Source of the DNA: an uncultured archaeon
Lineage (GTDB): Archaea > Thermoproteota > Nitrososphaeria_A > Caldarchaeales > Wolframiiraptoraceae
NCBI GenBank assembly: GCA_937974645.1
Contig: CALJVH010000008.1
Span: 1-49,944, forward strand
Reading direction: 5' to 3'
Length of the DNA: 49,944 nucleotides
Shown here: positions 8,431 to 18,053 of the stretch, one piece after another
Layout of the letters: the number at the start of each line of letters is the position of its first letter
How positions within the stretch are numbered: the stretch's first letter is position 1
Made by a program: the position numbers and the translations under genes
Notes under the pieces: model-generated
Seen by the model: the letters and a program-made list of their open reading frames with translations, nothing else
Told to the model about the DNA's origin: nothing
Databases searched by the model: none

Positions 8431-8518
8431 CAATGGTTGAGAAACAGCGCCATCCATATTTAGAGTTAACCGCTACACCACCTATAGGTGAATTAAGTAA
8501 GTGTCGGGCTTTGCGCAG

Positions 8519-9283
8519 CTAAGCTCCCTCGATTCTTGGAGCTATGAGATATTCGAGCCTGCCGGATGGTATTGGGAATCCGAGCTTTATCGGCTTATTT
8601 GTGGTAAGCTCCATCACCATTTCGTCGCTTAAAGCCGAGCCGGCCTTCACTATCTTCTCCAGATAGTTTATGCTGAAATTTGCCCAAACCTCCTTATTGG
8701 CCTCTATCTCGTATATCGCGGCTCCGTGCTTGGAGAACTTTATCTGGGCTCCGCCGAGCTCGCCCTTCGCCGATAGAGTCACTTCCTCCGGGCTTATCGT
8801 TATCCTCACGTAATCACTGATGGCCCTGCAGTCCCTGATGGCGTCCTTCACGGCGGCCGAGCTTATCCTAGCCCTAGCGTCGAACGTGAGCTTGGGCGTA
8901 ACGCTTCTAGCCTCCACGGTTTCAAGAGTGTTGAATGTGAAGATCCTCTGCTTGGAGCCCGTTGCGTCTATAATTACCAGCTCGAGCTTCCTGTCACCTT
9001 CACTATATGAAAGGGTTAAGCTCTCACCGCTTTTGACGTACTTTAGCAACTTTAGGAACTCCGAGATATTTATGGTCATCTGGAGCTCGCCGCTACACTC
9101 ATACTCCTCGGCGGCGGAGCTCGATAGCTCAAAGTCTACGAGTGATATATGGGCGGGGTCCATGGCAACAAGCCTCATCCCGTCGGCCGTTACCTTGAAT
9201 GTTCCCTCATCGGCGACTGCGTTGATGGCCCCCAATAGGTCTGAGAAGTAGTCGGCGCTCGGCAACCTCATCCTAAATGACAT
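8519..9283 (-). CDS. pcn: DNA polymerase sliding clamp PCNA
   Basis: 254 aa. The N-terminus ..FSDLLGAINAVADEGTFKVTADGMRLVAMDPAHISLVDFEL.. and the two-domain length are typical of archaeal PCNA. Confidence 0.9.
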   Translation of the reverse strand: MSFRMRLPSADYFSDLLGAINAVADEGTFKVTADGMRLVAMDPAHISLVDFELSSSAAEEYECSGELQMTINISEFLKLLKYVKSGESLTLSYSEGDRKLELVIIDATGSKQRIFTFNTLETVEARSVTPKLTFDARARISSAAVKDAIRDCRAISDYVRITISPEEVTLSAKGELGGAQIKFSKHGAAIYEIEANKEVWANFSINYLEKIVKAGSALSDEMVMELTTNKPIKLGFPIPSGRLEYLIAPRIEGA

Positions 9284-9440
9284 ACCTCCCCCTCGAGTGA
9301 AAAATACACTTGGGACGTAATTAAGGTTTGATTTCGACGCGAACTAGTAGTTTTTTTAGTCATACCAAGAAAATCTGCTGAGAAATATTAAGTGAATATT
9401 GATATTATTGCGGGGATATGGAAGTTAGCTGGAGTGCTGG

Positions 9441-10985
9441 ATGAGCCTCAGATTCCAGCTCGTAGGGAGGATAGAGCTGAGCTCCGACGCGAGCGCGATC
9501 ATGCCCGAGATAAGGGAGGCGTTCAGCGAGCTCGAGAAGTTCCTCGAGAGGGGGATGGAGAAGTATGGTGAGGGTGCTACAGAGCTCATAGAGTGGAGTA
9601 TTGAGGGAAACATAATTAAGGTCTTAATGAGGTCCGGGAGAAGCCTTAGAGCGCACGACGCCCTCCTAAGGCTGAAGAATATTCTTGCTCAGAAGGCTGG
9701 GTCTAAAAGAATCGGGGTTAGGCGAGTTGTGGTTGAGGAGCTAGAGGCTAGGATTGGCGGAGGCCATGTGGGAAGGCAGCGGGCAGAGGAGCTGTTGGAG
9801 GGATTGGCGGAGGTAAGTGAATCGAATGGCGTTTTAATAATCACATTCCGAAATCTGACGGATCGTGATCTAAGGGGGAGGGTTGTAGATAGGGCTCTCA
9901 AGCTGATAAGGGTCGAGGAGGCCCCTCTCGAAGGCGAGGAGCTAGCACCATTTGGGACTGTTTTAAAGAAGGGCGTTGCAAAGCCCCATAAGCTTGAAGC
10001 AGATGTCGCAATCGAGGCTGAGAAGAGAGGCTGGATAAAGAGGTATCCCGGAAAGGGTCAATGGATCTATATGCCCCCAATGACAGCCCTCATTAGGGCA
10101 ATAACCCAGCTATTAATAGAGGGGGTTGCGAAGCCCCTCGGATTCGAGGAATGGATGTTTCCAAGGCTCGTGCCGATGGAGGTTTACAAGAAGCTCACCA
10201 CCTATATAGAGCATCTCCCCGATGGGGTTTTCTACGTATGTGTCCCGCCGAGAGATCCATCAGCCTTCGAGGAATTTAAGCGGGAGTTCGCATTGAGAAG
10301 GGAACTTCGGACAGACCTCTTAAAGAATATCCTCGGCGAGCCCGAGTACGTAATGGAGGCCATACAATGCACGGCATTCTATCAATCCTTTAGCGGCGAG
10401 ATAGTTAAGCTCGAGGACCTACCGGTGAAGGCATACGAGGTTATGGGCGGCTGGACTTGGAGGAATGAGGCTGGAGGCGTCGAGGGCCTCGTTAGGACAA
10501 ACGAGTTCCTCAGAATGGAGATGGTCTTCCTCGGAGCGCCGGATCAAGTGATAGATCTGAGAAATCGTGTAACAAATCTAACGATAGAGGTGCTTGAAAA
10601 GGATCTGGATATGGAGTGGAGGCTCGTCGCCGGAGCCCCATTCTACTTATCGCCACAGGAGGCGGCGAAGAGAATGATAGATATCTCGCACATAGATAGG
10701 ATACCAACGCTCGATATTGAGGTTTATCTACCATATCGCGGTTCGAGAGAGGGAGCTGAGTGGCTCGAGATAACGGCGGCCAGCGTTCACAGGGACTTCT
10801 ACGCGAAGAACTTCAGGATAAAGGAGGCTAAGGATCGAGAGATCTGGACTGGCTGCGTTGGCCATGGTCTGAGCAGGTGGGCGGCAGGATTCCTAGCAAG
10901 ACATGGATTAGACTTCGACGATTGGCCGGACTCGATAAAGAGGGTCATAAAGAGGCTGCCACAGCCCCCGAAAACCATTACGTGA
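9441..10985 (+). CDS. serS: Seryl-tRNA synthetase, atypical methanogen-type
   Basis: 514 aa. The N-terminal domain and core resemble the Methanosarcina barkeri-type SerRS as I recall it (GWIKRYPGKGQWIY, FYVCVPP, WRNEAGGVEGLVRTNEF, EVYLPYRG, IWTGCVGHGLSRWAAGFL). The residues aligned with the zinc ligands (Cys in AIQC, Glu in RNEAGG, Cys in TGCVG) are present. Confidence 0.8.
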   Translation: MSLRFQLVGRIELSSDASAIMPEIREAFSELEKFLERGMEKYGEGATELIEWSIEGNIIKVLMRSGRSLRAHDALLRLKNILAQKAGSKRIGVRRVVVEELEARIGGGHVGRQRAEELLEGLAEVSESNGVLIITFRNLTDRDLRGRVVDRALKLIRVEEAPLEGEELAPFGTVLKKGVAKPHKLEADVAIEAEKRGWIKRYPGKGQWIYMPPMTALIRAITQLLIEGVAKPLGFEEWMFPRLVPMEVYKKLTTYIEHLPDGVFYVCVPPRDPSAFEEFKREFALRRELRTDLLKNILGEPEYVMEAIQCTAFYQSFSGEIVKLEDLPVKAYEVMGGWTWRNEAGGVEGLVRTNEFLRMEMVFLGAPDQVIDLRNRVTNLTIEVLEKDLDMEWRLVAGAPFYLSPQEAAKRMIDISHIDRIPTLDIEVYLPYRGSREGAEWLEITAASVHRDFYAKNFRIKEAKDREIWTGCVGHGLSRWAAGFLARHGLDFDDWPDSIKRVIKRLPQPPKTIT

Positions 10986-11043
10986 CTCGTGATTAGAGCT
11001 TCAACGACAATGTCCTGCCTCGTGACCATCGGGTGAAAAATTC

Positions 11044-11994
11044 ATGAAGTTCATGACGCGAGGAATTTACTCGACGGCTCTTATCCAGCTCCTCGTGTCC
11101 AGCGGATTCAACGTAACGAGACCCACGAGATCTCAATCGGAGAGATTTGGAATATCATCATGGGATGCGCCTGATGCCGAGATTGTTGACTCAAAGTCCG
11201 ATCGCAATTGCATTGAGCTGAAAGGCTCCTCGGATGTTGTTGAATCCATACTTGATGCTCTTCGCAAGACCTTCACAGACCTGATAATTTTGGAGGTTAA
11301 GGATTCTGGCGGGCTCCTAAGCGTGAGGGTGGGCTTCCCCAATGATGCGAAGCTCAAGCTTGATGAGTTGAGATCAATGGTCGCATACACAGTCCCATAC
11401 CATCACTATTGCAGGGCTGGCGGCGAGGGTTTATCAAGCATGGTAACGATAGCAGAGGATCTAGTTGAGAGTGGAGTTGTGCCGGCTGAGGAGATGTCTA
11501 AGAATTTCCGCGAGCAGATTATAAACATCTCGCCTAGAATGGGATCACTAGTTAAGATTATTCATCTGAAGCCGGACGGAAGGAGGATAATTCTTGGGCA
11601 TGGAAAGGTTGTTAGAAAATCTAATGACTCGATCAGACTCATGAGGAGGATAATGGGGTTCGGGGCTTATGATGGACTCGGAGTCGAGAAGTATCCCGGG
11701 GATTACGCGATAACCGAGGTCTCCAAATTCCGGCCGTGGATGAAGACGAGCTACTATAGCATCTCAGGCACTCTTAAGGGCTGTTACTACAACATCTCGA
11801 CCCCGGTCTCCATATACCCGGATCACATACACTACTTCGACCTCGAAGTGGATGTTGTTGTCAAGCCGGGCTCAAGCCCAGAGATCGTGGATGCCAATGG
11901 CTTAGAGAAAGCTGTTCAAGAAAATAGGATAAGCGAGGAGCTGAAAAAGGCTACCCTCAAGATCGCTGAGGAGCTTGCTTCGAAGCAGCCCTAG
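11044..11994 (+). CDS. FAU-1 / RNase E/G-like RNA-binding protein (DUF402 C-terminal domain)
   Basis: N-terminus TRGIYSTALIQLLVSSGFNVTRPTRSQSERFGI matches the FAU-1 hallmark (RGIYxTALTKLLxDxGFxIVxPS). 316 aa. Confidence 0.65.
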   Translation: MKFMTRGIYSTALIQLLVSSGFNVTRPTRSQSERFGISSWDAPDAEIVDSKSDRNCIELKGSSDVVESILDALRKTFTDLIILEVKDSGGLLSVRVGFPNDAKLKLDELRSMVAYTVPYHHYCRAGGEGLSSMVTIAEDLVESGVVPAEEMSKNFREQIINISPRMGSLVKIIHLKPDGRRIILGHGKVVRKSNDSIRLMRRIMGFGAYDGLGVEKYPGDYAITEVSKFRPWMKTSYYSISGTLKGCYYNISTPVSIYPDHIHYFDLEVDVVVKPGSSPEIVDANGLEKAVQENRISEELKKATLKIAEELASKQP

Positions 11995-12604
11995 CCAGTT
12001 TAACATACCAGAATTCATCTGCCCCAACTCTTGTTAATGATTTAACCACCAAGTATGCCGGGAGTATGCTCAGCGGGATATGAAGCATGTTGAATATCGC
12101 CGTGAAGATCATGCTCATTGTTAGGGCGGCTAGGTTATCTGAAATTTCTAGGCTGAGGAAAGCCGAGATGCTCGTTGCCGCAAGCTCCAAGAATCCGGGA
12201 AGAATATAAAGCAGCACGAGATAATTGAGCACGCTCATCACCATTACCCTGATTACGCATCCGAGAACCGAACCTAGGATAAGGCCCATTCTCGGCGAGG
12301 GACGTATCTTAAAGCCTGCCCATAGGCCAATCAACGTCGAGAATACCGCTGCGAATTTCATCGTGGGGCCCAGTGGCGTGAAAGAGCCGACTAGAAGCAA
12401 GATAAACCAGTAAACGACAGAGGAGAATATCCCGGCCTCCGGGCCGAGCAGTAAGAAGGCGAGGAAGACCGGTATCTCGGCTAGGTCGAACTTCAGGTAA
12501 GGAATCAGGGGGTATGGGAATGATAGCGGTAGGATCGTGAGAAGTGCAGCTAGGCTTGCTAGACAGCTCGCGGAAGCCGCCGACTTTATTGTTCGTGCCT
12601 CCAT
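11957..12604 (-). CDS. Polytopic membrane protein, ECF-transporter S-component-like
   Basis: Five or six predicted TM helices. Motif LKFDLAEIPVFLAFLLLGPEAG resembles substrate-capture S components. Overlaps the convergent FAU-1 gene by 38 nt. Confidence 0.5.
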   Translation of the reverse strand: MEARTIKSAASASCLASLAALLTILPLSFPYPLIPYLKFDLAEIPVFLAFLLLGPEAGIFSSVVYWFILLLVGSFTPLGPTMKFAAVFSTLIGLWAGFKIRPSPRMGLILGSVLGCVIRVMVMSVLNYLVLLYILPGFLELAATSISAFLSLEISDNLAALTMSMIFTAIFNMLHIPLSILPAYLVVKSLTRVGADEFWYVKLARAASKQAPQRS

Positions 12605-12665
12605 CGAGGTTATGGTCTCTCAGCGGAACTAATAAATTAAGGGTACCTACTAAAAAATGGGTAAT

Positions 12666-13502
12666 TTATTCGATGAGCCCCGCGAAGTAGTCTTTCCAAG
12701 CCTGCTCATAATCCTCCGGAGATCCGATATCTACCCAGTAGCCGTTGTAGGGGTAGGCGTAGAGCTTTTCCTTCTCTATGAGAGCTGGGAAAACGTGCTC
12801 TTCCAAGGAACAGTATGTCAGTGCGGGAATGTAGTCTAGGATCTGCGGCTCGAATACGTATATTCCGGTGTTCACGAAGCCTGGAACCGGCTGCTTGGGC
12901 TTCTCACGGAAAGCTATAACTCTACCATGATCATCAACTGATACGAGGCCGAATCTACTGGCATCCTCCACTCTGGCTAACACCATTGTGGCGATAGCAT
13001 TCTTCTCTTCATGGAATCCTAGGAGACCGCTAATATTCAAGCCATTGAATAGTATATCTCCATATACCACTAGGAATCTGCCATTGAGCTTGCTCCCCGC
13101 GTTCTTGATAGCTCCTGCCGTTCCGAGGGGAAACTTCTCCAAGGAGTAGTCTATTTTGACGCCAAGCGACCCGCCATCCCCGAAATACCTCATAATGTGC
13201 TCGCTCAGATGGCTTACAGCGAGGATGAAGTAATGGAAGCCTTGATCTCTGAGCTTGCATATTATGTGTTCCAATAAGGGCTTGTAGCCGACGGGCATCA
13301 TCGCTTTCGGAATACTCTTGCTCAATGGCCCCATCCCCACGCCAAAGCCGCCGCAGAGAATCAAGCACCTCATTGACTCGCGAATGAGTTTATCCCGAAC
13401 GGCCTCGATTATAAATGCCGTCCGCCTCCTAGCAGATATCCTGCCACTAAGCTGTCTCCACAGATCTTCTGGAAACTCTATACTTGTTCTATGCTTCTGC
13501 AT
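12666..13502 (-). CDS. Sugar-1-phosphate nucleotidylyltransferase fused to an N-terminal ribbon-helix-helix domain
   Basis: Residues 1-43 (SIEFPEDLWRQL..RRRTAFIIEAVRDKL) have the CopG/RHH pattern. They run in frame into LILCGGFGVGMGPLSKSIPKAMMPV.. (GlmU/RmlA-type NTP-transferase fold). Confidence 0.75.
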   Translation of the reverse strand: MQKHRTSIEFPEDLWRQLSGRISARRRTAFIIEAVRDKLIRESMRCLILCGGFGVGMGPLSKSIPKAMMPVGYKPLLEHIICKLRDQGFHYFILAVSHLSEHIMRYFGDGGSLGVKIDYSLEKFPLGTAGAIKNAGSKLNGRFLVVYGDILFNGLNISGLLGFHEEKNAIATMVLARVEDASRFGLVSVDDHGRVIAFREKPKQPVPGFVNTGIYVFEPQILDYIPALTYCSLEEHVFPALIEKEKLYAYPYNGYWVDIGSPEDYEQAWKDYFAGLIE

Positions 13503-13649
13503 GCTGTAGAAAATTCAAGGTCAATTTACATATAACGTTTATGCAAAATTCCCCTCAAAAAAGTCTTTCCTATGACTACATGATATTAGACTTTATTAGG
13601 ATATGGTTAATAGTCTCCAAAGCCTGTAAATAATCGTGGTGCTAAAGTC

Positions 13650-14669
13650 ATGTTGAGGGTTGGAGTTAATGGGATGGGAAGAATAGGAAGGCTGTTTGCG
13701 CGGGCGGCCCTCCAACATCCTGAACATGGCAAGAGCTTCGAGATCGTGGCTTTCAACGAGTTGGCCGACAATAAGACTACGGCTTTCCTGCTGATCTATG
13801 ACTCTGTTCACAAGAAGTGGAGTAAGAAGGTGGAGGAAACGGGGAAGGGCATAGCGGTAGACGGCTACGAGCTCGTGGGATTTCGCGAGCCGGACCCAGC
13901 AAAGATTCCATGGGATAAGGCTGGGGTTGATCTCGTCGTAGAGGCTACTGGGAGGTTCACCGACAGGGAGAAGGCAGCCCTCCACCTCAGGAATGGCGTG
14001 AAGAAGGTCTTGATCTCGGCGCCCTCGAAGAATGCCGACGTAACTATAGTGCCAGGTGTAAATGATGAGATGTTGGATGTGAAAAAGCATGATGTCATCT
14101 CCGGCGCATCCTGCACGACGAACTGCCTCGCCCCGATGGTCAAGGTTCTACTCGACAACTTTGGGATAAAGAAGGGCTTCATGACGACCGTCCACGCGTA
14201 TACGAACGATCAGAGGGTCCTCGACCTAGTTCATGAGGATCTTAGGAGGGCTAGGGCCGCAGCCCTCTCAATAATCCCGACAACAACCGGCGCGGCAAAG
14301 GCGCTTCACTTGGTGATCCCCGAGGTGAAGGGTAAGCTCCACGGAATAGCGCTGCGAGTGCCGGTCCCAGATGGCTCGATAACGGATTTGGTAGCGCTTC
14401 TCGAGCGCGAGGTCACTGTCGATGAAGTGAAGAATGCCTACGAGAAGGCTGCTAATGGCAGGATGAAGGGTATATTAGAGTACACCGAAGACCCAATAGT
14501 CTCAGTCGACATAATTGGCAACCCGGCCTCATGCATTATAGATGGGCAGAACATAATGACTCTAGGAGACAGAAATGATATAGTCAAGGTTCTGGGCTGG
14601 TATGATAACGAGTGGGGCTACAGCAACCGGCTCATAGACATAATCCTCCTGATCAACAAGCAGCTCTGA
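13650..14669 (+). CDS. gap: Glyceraldehyde-3-phosphate dehydrogenase, class I (bacterial/eukaryal type)
   Basis: NGMGRIGR dinucleotide motif and catalytic SGASCTTNCLAP. C-terminal WYDNEWGYS. 339 aa. Confidence 0.9.
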   Translation: MLRVGVNGMGRIGRLFARAALQHPEHGKSFEIVAFNELADNKTTAFLLIYDSVHKKWSKKVEETGKGIAVDGYELVGFREPDPAKIPWDKAGVDLVVEATGRFTDREKAALHLRNGVKKVLISAPSKNADVTIVPGVNDEMLDVKKHDVISGASCTTNCLAPMVKVLLDNFGIKKGFMTTVHAYTNDQRVLDLVHEDLRRARAAALSIIPTTTGAAKALHLVIPEVKGKLHGIALRVPVPDGSITDLVALLEREVTVDEVKNAYEKAANGRMKGILEYTEDPIVSVDIIGNPASCIIDGQNIMTLGDRNDIVKVLGWYDNEWGYSNRLIDIILLINKQL

Positions 14670-14685
14670 GCAATTCCCTTCCCTA

Positions 14686-15546
14686 CTAACTCTTTTTCTC
14701 TTGCTCGCCGCCGGCCCGGGATAGGAGCTCTGGAAGCTTCTCGTAATCCTCCGACTCCATTCTCCAGCCCACGCCTCCAAGAAGCTCGTCCAAGTGCTCC
14801 TTCTTCATGGTTTTCACCACCGCTATGACCTCATCATGCCGCGTAACCCAACTTATCAAAACCTGAGCGGGCGTCTTCCCATACTTCTTCCCAAACCTCT
14901 CTAAAATCTCCCGGTAAGGATCATTTAGAAGAAAACCTTTTCCAAGAGGCCTGTAAGCAATAATTGTTATTCCGTTCTTCTTACAGAAAGGTAGTATCTC
15001 CTCTTCAATGAATCTGTCTAGGGGGTTGTAGAGAACCTGATTCGAGACTATGTCATATCTCGATAGGTAACTCATCGCTTCTTCCAGCTCCTTGACGCTG
15101 AAATTGCTGACGCCGATGAGCCTGATCTTGCCATCATCAACAAGCTTCTCCATTGCCTTCATGGTCTCCTTAAGCGGTATGAACGGGTTTGGGAAATGTA
15201 TCTGGTATAAGTCAACGTAATCCACTTTCAATCGCTCAAGGCTTCTACTCAAGGCTTCAAAGACATTCTTGAACCTCAGGTTGTAAGGCCATATCTTTGT
15301 TGCTATGAAGACCTCCTCTCTCGGGAGCTCCTTGATGGCCTCTCCCACCAGCTCCTCGCAGTGCCCAGCCCCGTACATCTCGGCCGTATCAATGAGCTTC
15401 ACGCCCTTCCTAATCGCGCACCTGATTATTTCTATCGCCTCTGCGTCCCGGGAGTAATCTGGGTAATCTCTTCCACCAATTTCCCACGTCCCAAGCCCTA
15501 GAATGGGAACAAGGATCTCTGTCTTTCCAAGCTTCCTGAGCTCCAT
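14686..15546 (-). CDS. Aldo/keto reductase
   Basis: LGLGTWEIGG, DTAEMYG, LIGVSNF and YRPLGKG motifs. 286 aa. Confidence 0.85.
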   Translation of the reverse strand: MELRKLGKTEILVPILGLGTWEIGGRDYPDYSRDAEAIEIIRCAIRKGVKLIDTAEMYGAGHCEELVGEAIKELPREEVFIATKIWPYNLRFKNVFEALSRSLERLKVDYVDLYQIHFPNPFIPLKETMKAMEKLVDDGKIRLIGVSNFSVKELEEAMSYLSRYDIVSNQVLYNPLDRFIEEEILPFCKKNGITIIAYRPLGKGFLLNDPYREILERFGKKYGKTPAQVLISWVTRHDEVIAVVKTMKKEHLDELLGGVGWRMESEDYEKLPELLSRAGGEQEKKS

Positions 15547-15668
15547 TTTCTTTCCACTTTTACTCTCGTTTTAAGGTTAAAAATGTTCTAAATTCCGATT
15601 TTACGCGGGCACTGTAGGAGCTAAATAGTTTAATCTTCCTTTGGAGATGTTCTTCTTGGTGATGTGGA

Positions 15669-16910
15669 TTGTGCGCTGCTTTCAAGACGTTGGATGATGT
15701 GAATGTTCATGGCAAGACGGTGATTGTGAGAGCTGATTTGAATTCTCCGATAGATCCGCAGACCGGGAGGATACAGGATAACGAGAGGATTCAGGCGCAT
15801 GCTGAGACTCTTAGGGAGCTGTCAGATAAAGGCGCTAGGATCGTAGTTCTCGCCCATCAGGGGAGGAAGGGCGATCCAGACTTCCTTCCGCTCGAGCAAC
15901 ATGCTGAGCTCCTCTCGAAACATGTTGGTAAACCAGTGAAATACGTTCCAGACCTCGTCGGGGAGAAGGCGGAACAGGCGGTCGAGAGCCTTAAGAATGG
16001 CGAGATACTGCTCCTGGAAAATGTTAGAATTCTCGATGAAGAGACCGTGGAGGCGAGTCCGGAGGAGCACGCCAAGGGCGTATTGGTCTCGAAGCTGTCC
16101 AAGCTGGCGGATATATTCGTGTTAGACGCATTCTCGGCGGCCCATAGGGCGCATGCCTCAATAGTCGGGTTCGCCGCGGTGCTTCCAGTCGTGGCTGGCA
16201 GGGTCATGGAGAGGGAACTCAAGGCGCTCAGCGAGATACTCGAGAAGCGGAGTAGCATAATCCTCTTCATGGGAGGAAACAAGCCCGATGACTGTATAAA
16301 GGTCGTTGAGGCACTTCTAAGCAGGGGCAAGCCCGAGGTCAAGATTCTGCTTTCCGCGGGGATTCTGGGCCAGCTCTTTCTCGCCGCGGATGGGAGGGAT
16401 CTTGGAGGGCCCAGTATGGCTTATATCAGAAAGAAGGGCTTTGATGCCCTCATAGGCGAGGTTAGGGATTTAGCGGCCAAGCTCGGAGACCGTCTGAAAA
16501 AGCCCGTTGACGTGGCCTACGAGCACGATGGAAAGCGAGAAGAGATGAGGGTCGAGAATCTCCCAGCTCCCGGCCCGATCATGGATATAGGCAACGAAAC
16601 GACCTCGATCTACGCGGACATAATCAGGTCGGCGGGCAAGGATGATGCCATAATAGTCAAGGGACCCGCGGGAGCATATGAGCATGAGAGCTTCAGGAAG
16701 GGAACGGCTGGGATATACAGGGCTCTGGCGAGCTCGAAGGCCTTCACCCTCATCGGCGGAGGCGACTCATCGACGGCCATAAGTCTTGTCGGGCTCAGGG
16801 TCGAGGACTTCTCCTATGTCAGCTTGGCAGGCGGAGCCCTGATCCACTACCTATCCGGGGGGAAGATGCCGGGTGTTGAGATAATACTGAGCTTGAGGAG
16901 GCCGAAGTAA
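15669..16910 (+). CDS. pgk: 3-phosphoglycerate kinase
   Basis: VRADLNSP, VVLAHQGRKG, FVLDAFSAAHRAH and GGGDS motifs. TTG start. 413 aa. Confidence 0.9.
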   Translation: MCAAFKTLDDVNVHGKTVIVRADLNSPIDPQTGRIQDNERIQAHAETLRELSDKGARIVVLAHQGRKGDPDFLPLEQHAELLSKHVGKPVKYVPDLVGEKAEQAVESLKNGEILLLENVRILDEETVEASPEEHAKGVLVSKLSKLADIFVLDAFSAAHRAHASIVGFAAVLPVVAGRVMERELKALSEILEKRSSIILFMGGNKPDDCIKVVEALLSRGKPEVKILLSAGILGQLFLAADGRDLGGPSMAYIRKKGFDALIGEVRDLAAKLGDRLKKPVDVAYEHDGKREEMRVENLPAPGPIMDIGNETTSIYADIIRSAGKDDAIIVKGPAGAYEHESFRKGTAGIYRALASSKAFTLIGGGDSSTAISLVGLRVEDFSYVSLAGGALIHYLSGGKMPGVEIILSLRRPK

Positions 16911-16995
16911 CTCAGCCAGGCAGAGTGTGGGGCTCATAATTCCCCACAAAACAGTCAGAAGGGGAACCTCGAAGACCCGGAGCCGAAGCCCGGCC

Positions 16996-17880
16996 CTAGT
17001 AGAAAACTTTATATATTAACGTGAAGCAAATCGAGGAGGAAAGAAAAGTGGGGAGGGCTGGTCGGCGGCGTCTTTTGAGCCATTTTCGAGCCGGTAAAAC
17101 CTCAGCAGATATGGCGCCCCTAATATAAAGATAGTAAGTACTCTTCTTTCTTATGTATATCTTCCCCTTCTCCTTGTTGAAGAAAGAGGTTCCTTTCTCT
17201 TCCTGTAGATGTGGGCCCGTCGCCTCAATCCCTAGACCATATAAGAGTCTTTTGACGTATCTAAGGAGCTGCTCGTCTGAGTTGTAGCATCCGAGGATTA
17301 ATCCGTTTCTCTTCGTCATAGATGCCAACACCTCGCCGAATCTTTCGATGAACTCTATATCCTTGGCCGTCGCGCTGATCACGTAGTGGCTACTTCCTAT
17401 GCCGGTTTATAGGCCGGCCCATCCCCCAGCAATGACGCCTATTATATAGGCGAGCTCCGAGGACGGCTTCAGAAAGTCTATCGCCGGGATGCGTATCTCG
17501 CCGAAGGGCGAGTGGATCTCTCTACACCAGCCGCTGATCGTGGGAAGGCTCAACGTAACCCCATGCATTTCCTTGATTATCCTCCCTATCCTCTTGTATC
17601 CAAGGCCTCGCCCCCTCAGCTCCAGCACCTTCTCGTATAGCTTGATCCTTAACTCTCTTAAAAGACGTTTTCCACGTATGTTCACCTTCTCCGGGAAGAG
17701 CTTATAATACCAGTATTCGATGGTCCCCCTCAAAACCTCTATTCCATTTTCTCGTAGCATCCTCCAAGCCCTCGTATATCCATACCCTCCCTGAACAGCC
17801 GCCTTCAAAATCTCCAGGAGCTTTTCCCTCATCTCTGGCGGCAGCCTTCGCGGCCCTCCAGATCCCATACCTCTTCCCAC
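16996..17880 (-). pseudogene. HTH-repeat + LAGLIDADG homing-endonuclease-like gene, split by frameshifts
   Basis: Track ORFs 17407..17880 and 16996..17382. The first ends ..ELAYIIGVIAGGWAGL*. Deleting one G of the GGGGG run (plus-strand CCCCC 17423-17427) gives IIGVIAGDG. The second ORF carries the core (ATAKDIEFIERF, LLYGLGIEA). The C-terminus changes frame again near 17080. Confidence 0.7.
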
Positions 17881-17886
17881 CTCCTA

Positions 17887-18053
17887 CCCCGACGCTTCCG
17901 CCCGGCGCGCCCGCGAGAGCATGCGCAGCGAGGCCTACCAGCCGCATCTCGCATCGCACCGCCGGGGAAGAATCATGGCGCATATCTAGGGATGCGGCTG
18001 GTAGGCCAGGCCGCCACATGCGCCGGGACGCGCCGTGCGGAGGGCCTCCGGGG
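17887..18053. repeat. GC-rich imperfect palindrome with a perfect 17-bp stem
   Basis: GGCCTACCAGCCGCATC (17932-17948) pairs with GATGCGGCTGGTAGGCC (17991-18007) around a 42-nt loop. The flanking arms (17887-17931 and 18008-18053) are also largely complementary. Confidence 0.8.

Noticed and set aside
13596-14182. Long antisense ORFs inside gap (13596..14090, 13865..14182). Similar ones lie inside pgk (15857..16342), the methylthiotransferase gene (38327..38902) and the thiolase gene (32671..33308), and opposite the Thr-rich gene (23274..23658).
   Set aside because: Each lies opposite a gene with strong family motifs. Their low-complexity or Ser/Arg/Pro-rich translations are typical of antisense frames in GC-balanced DNA.
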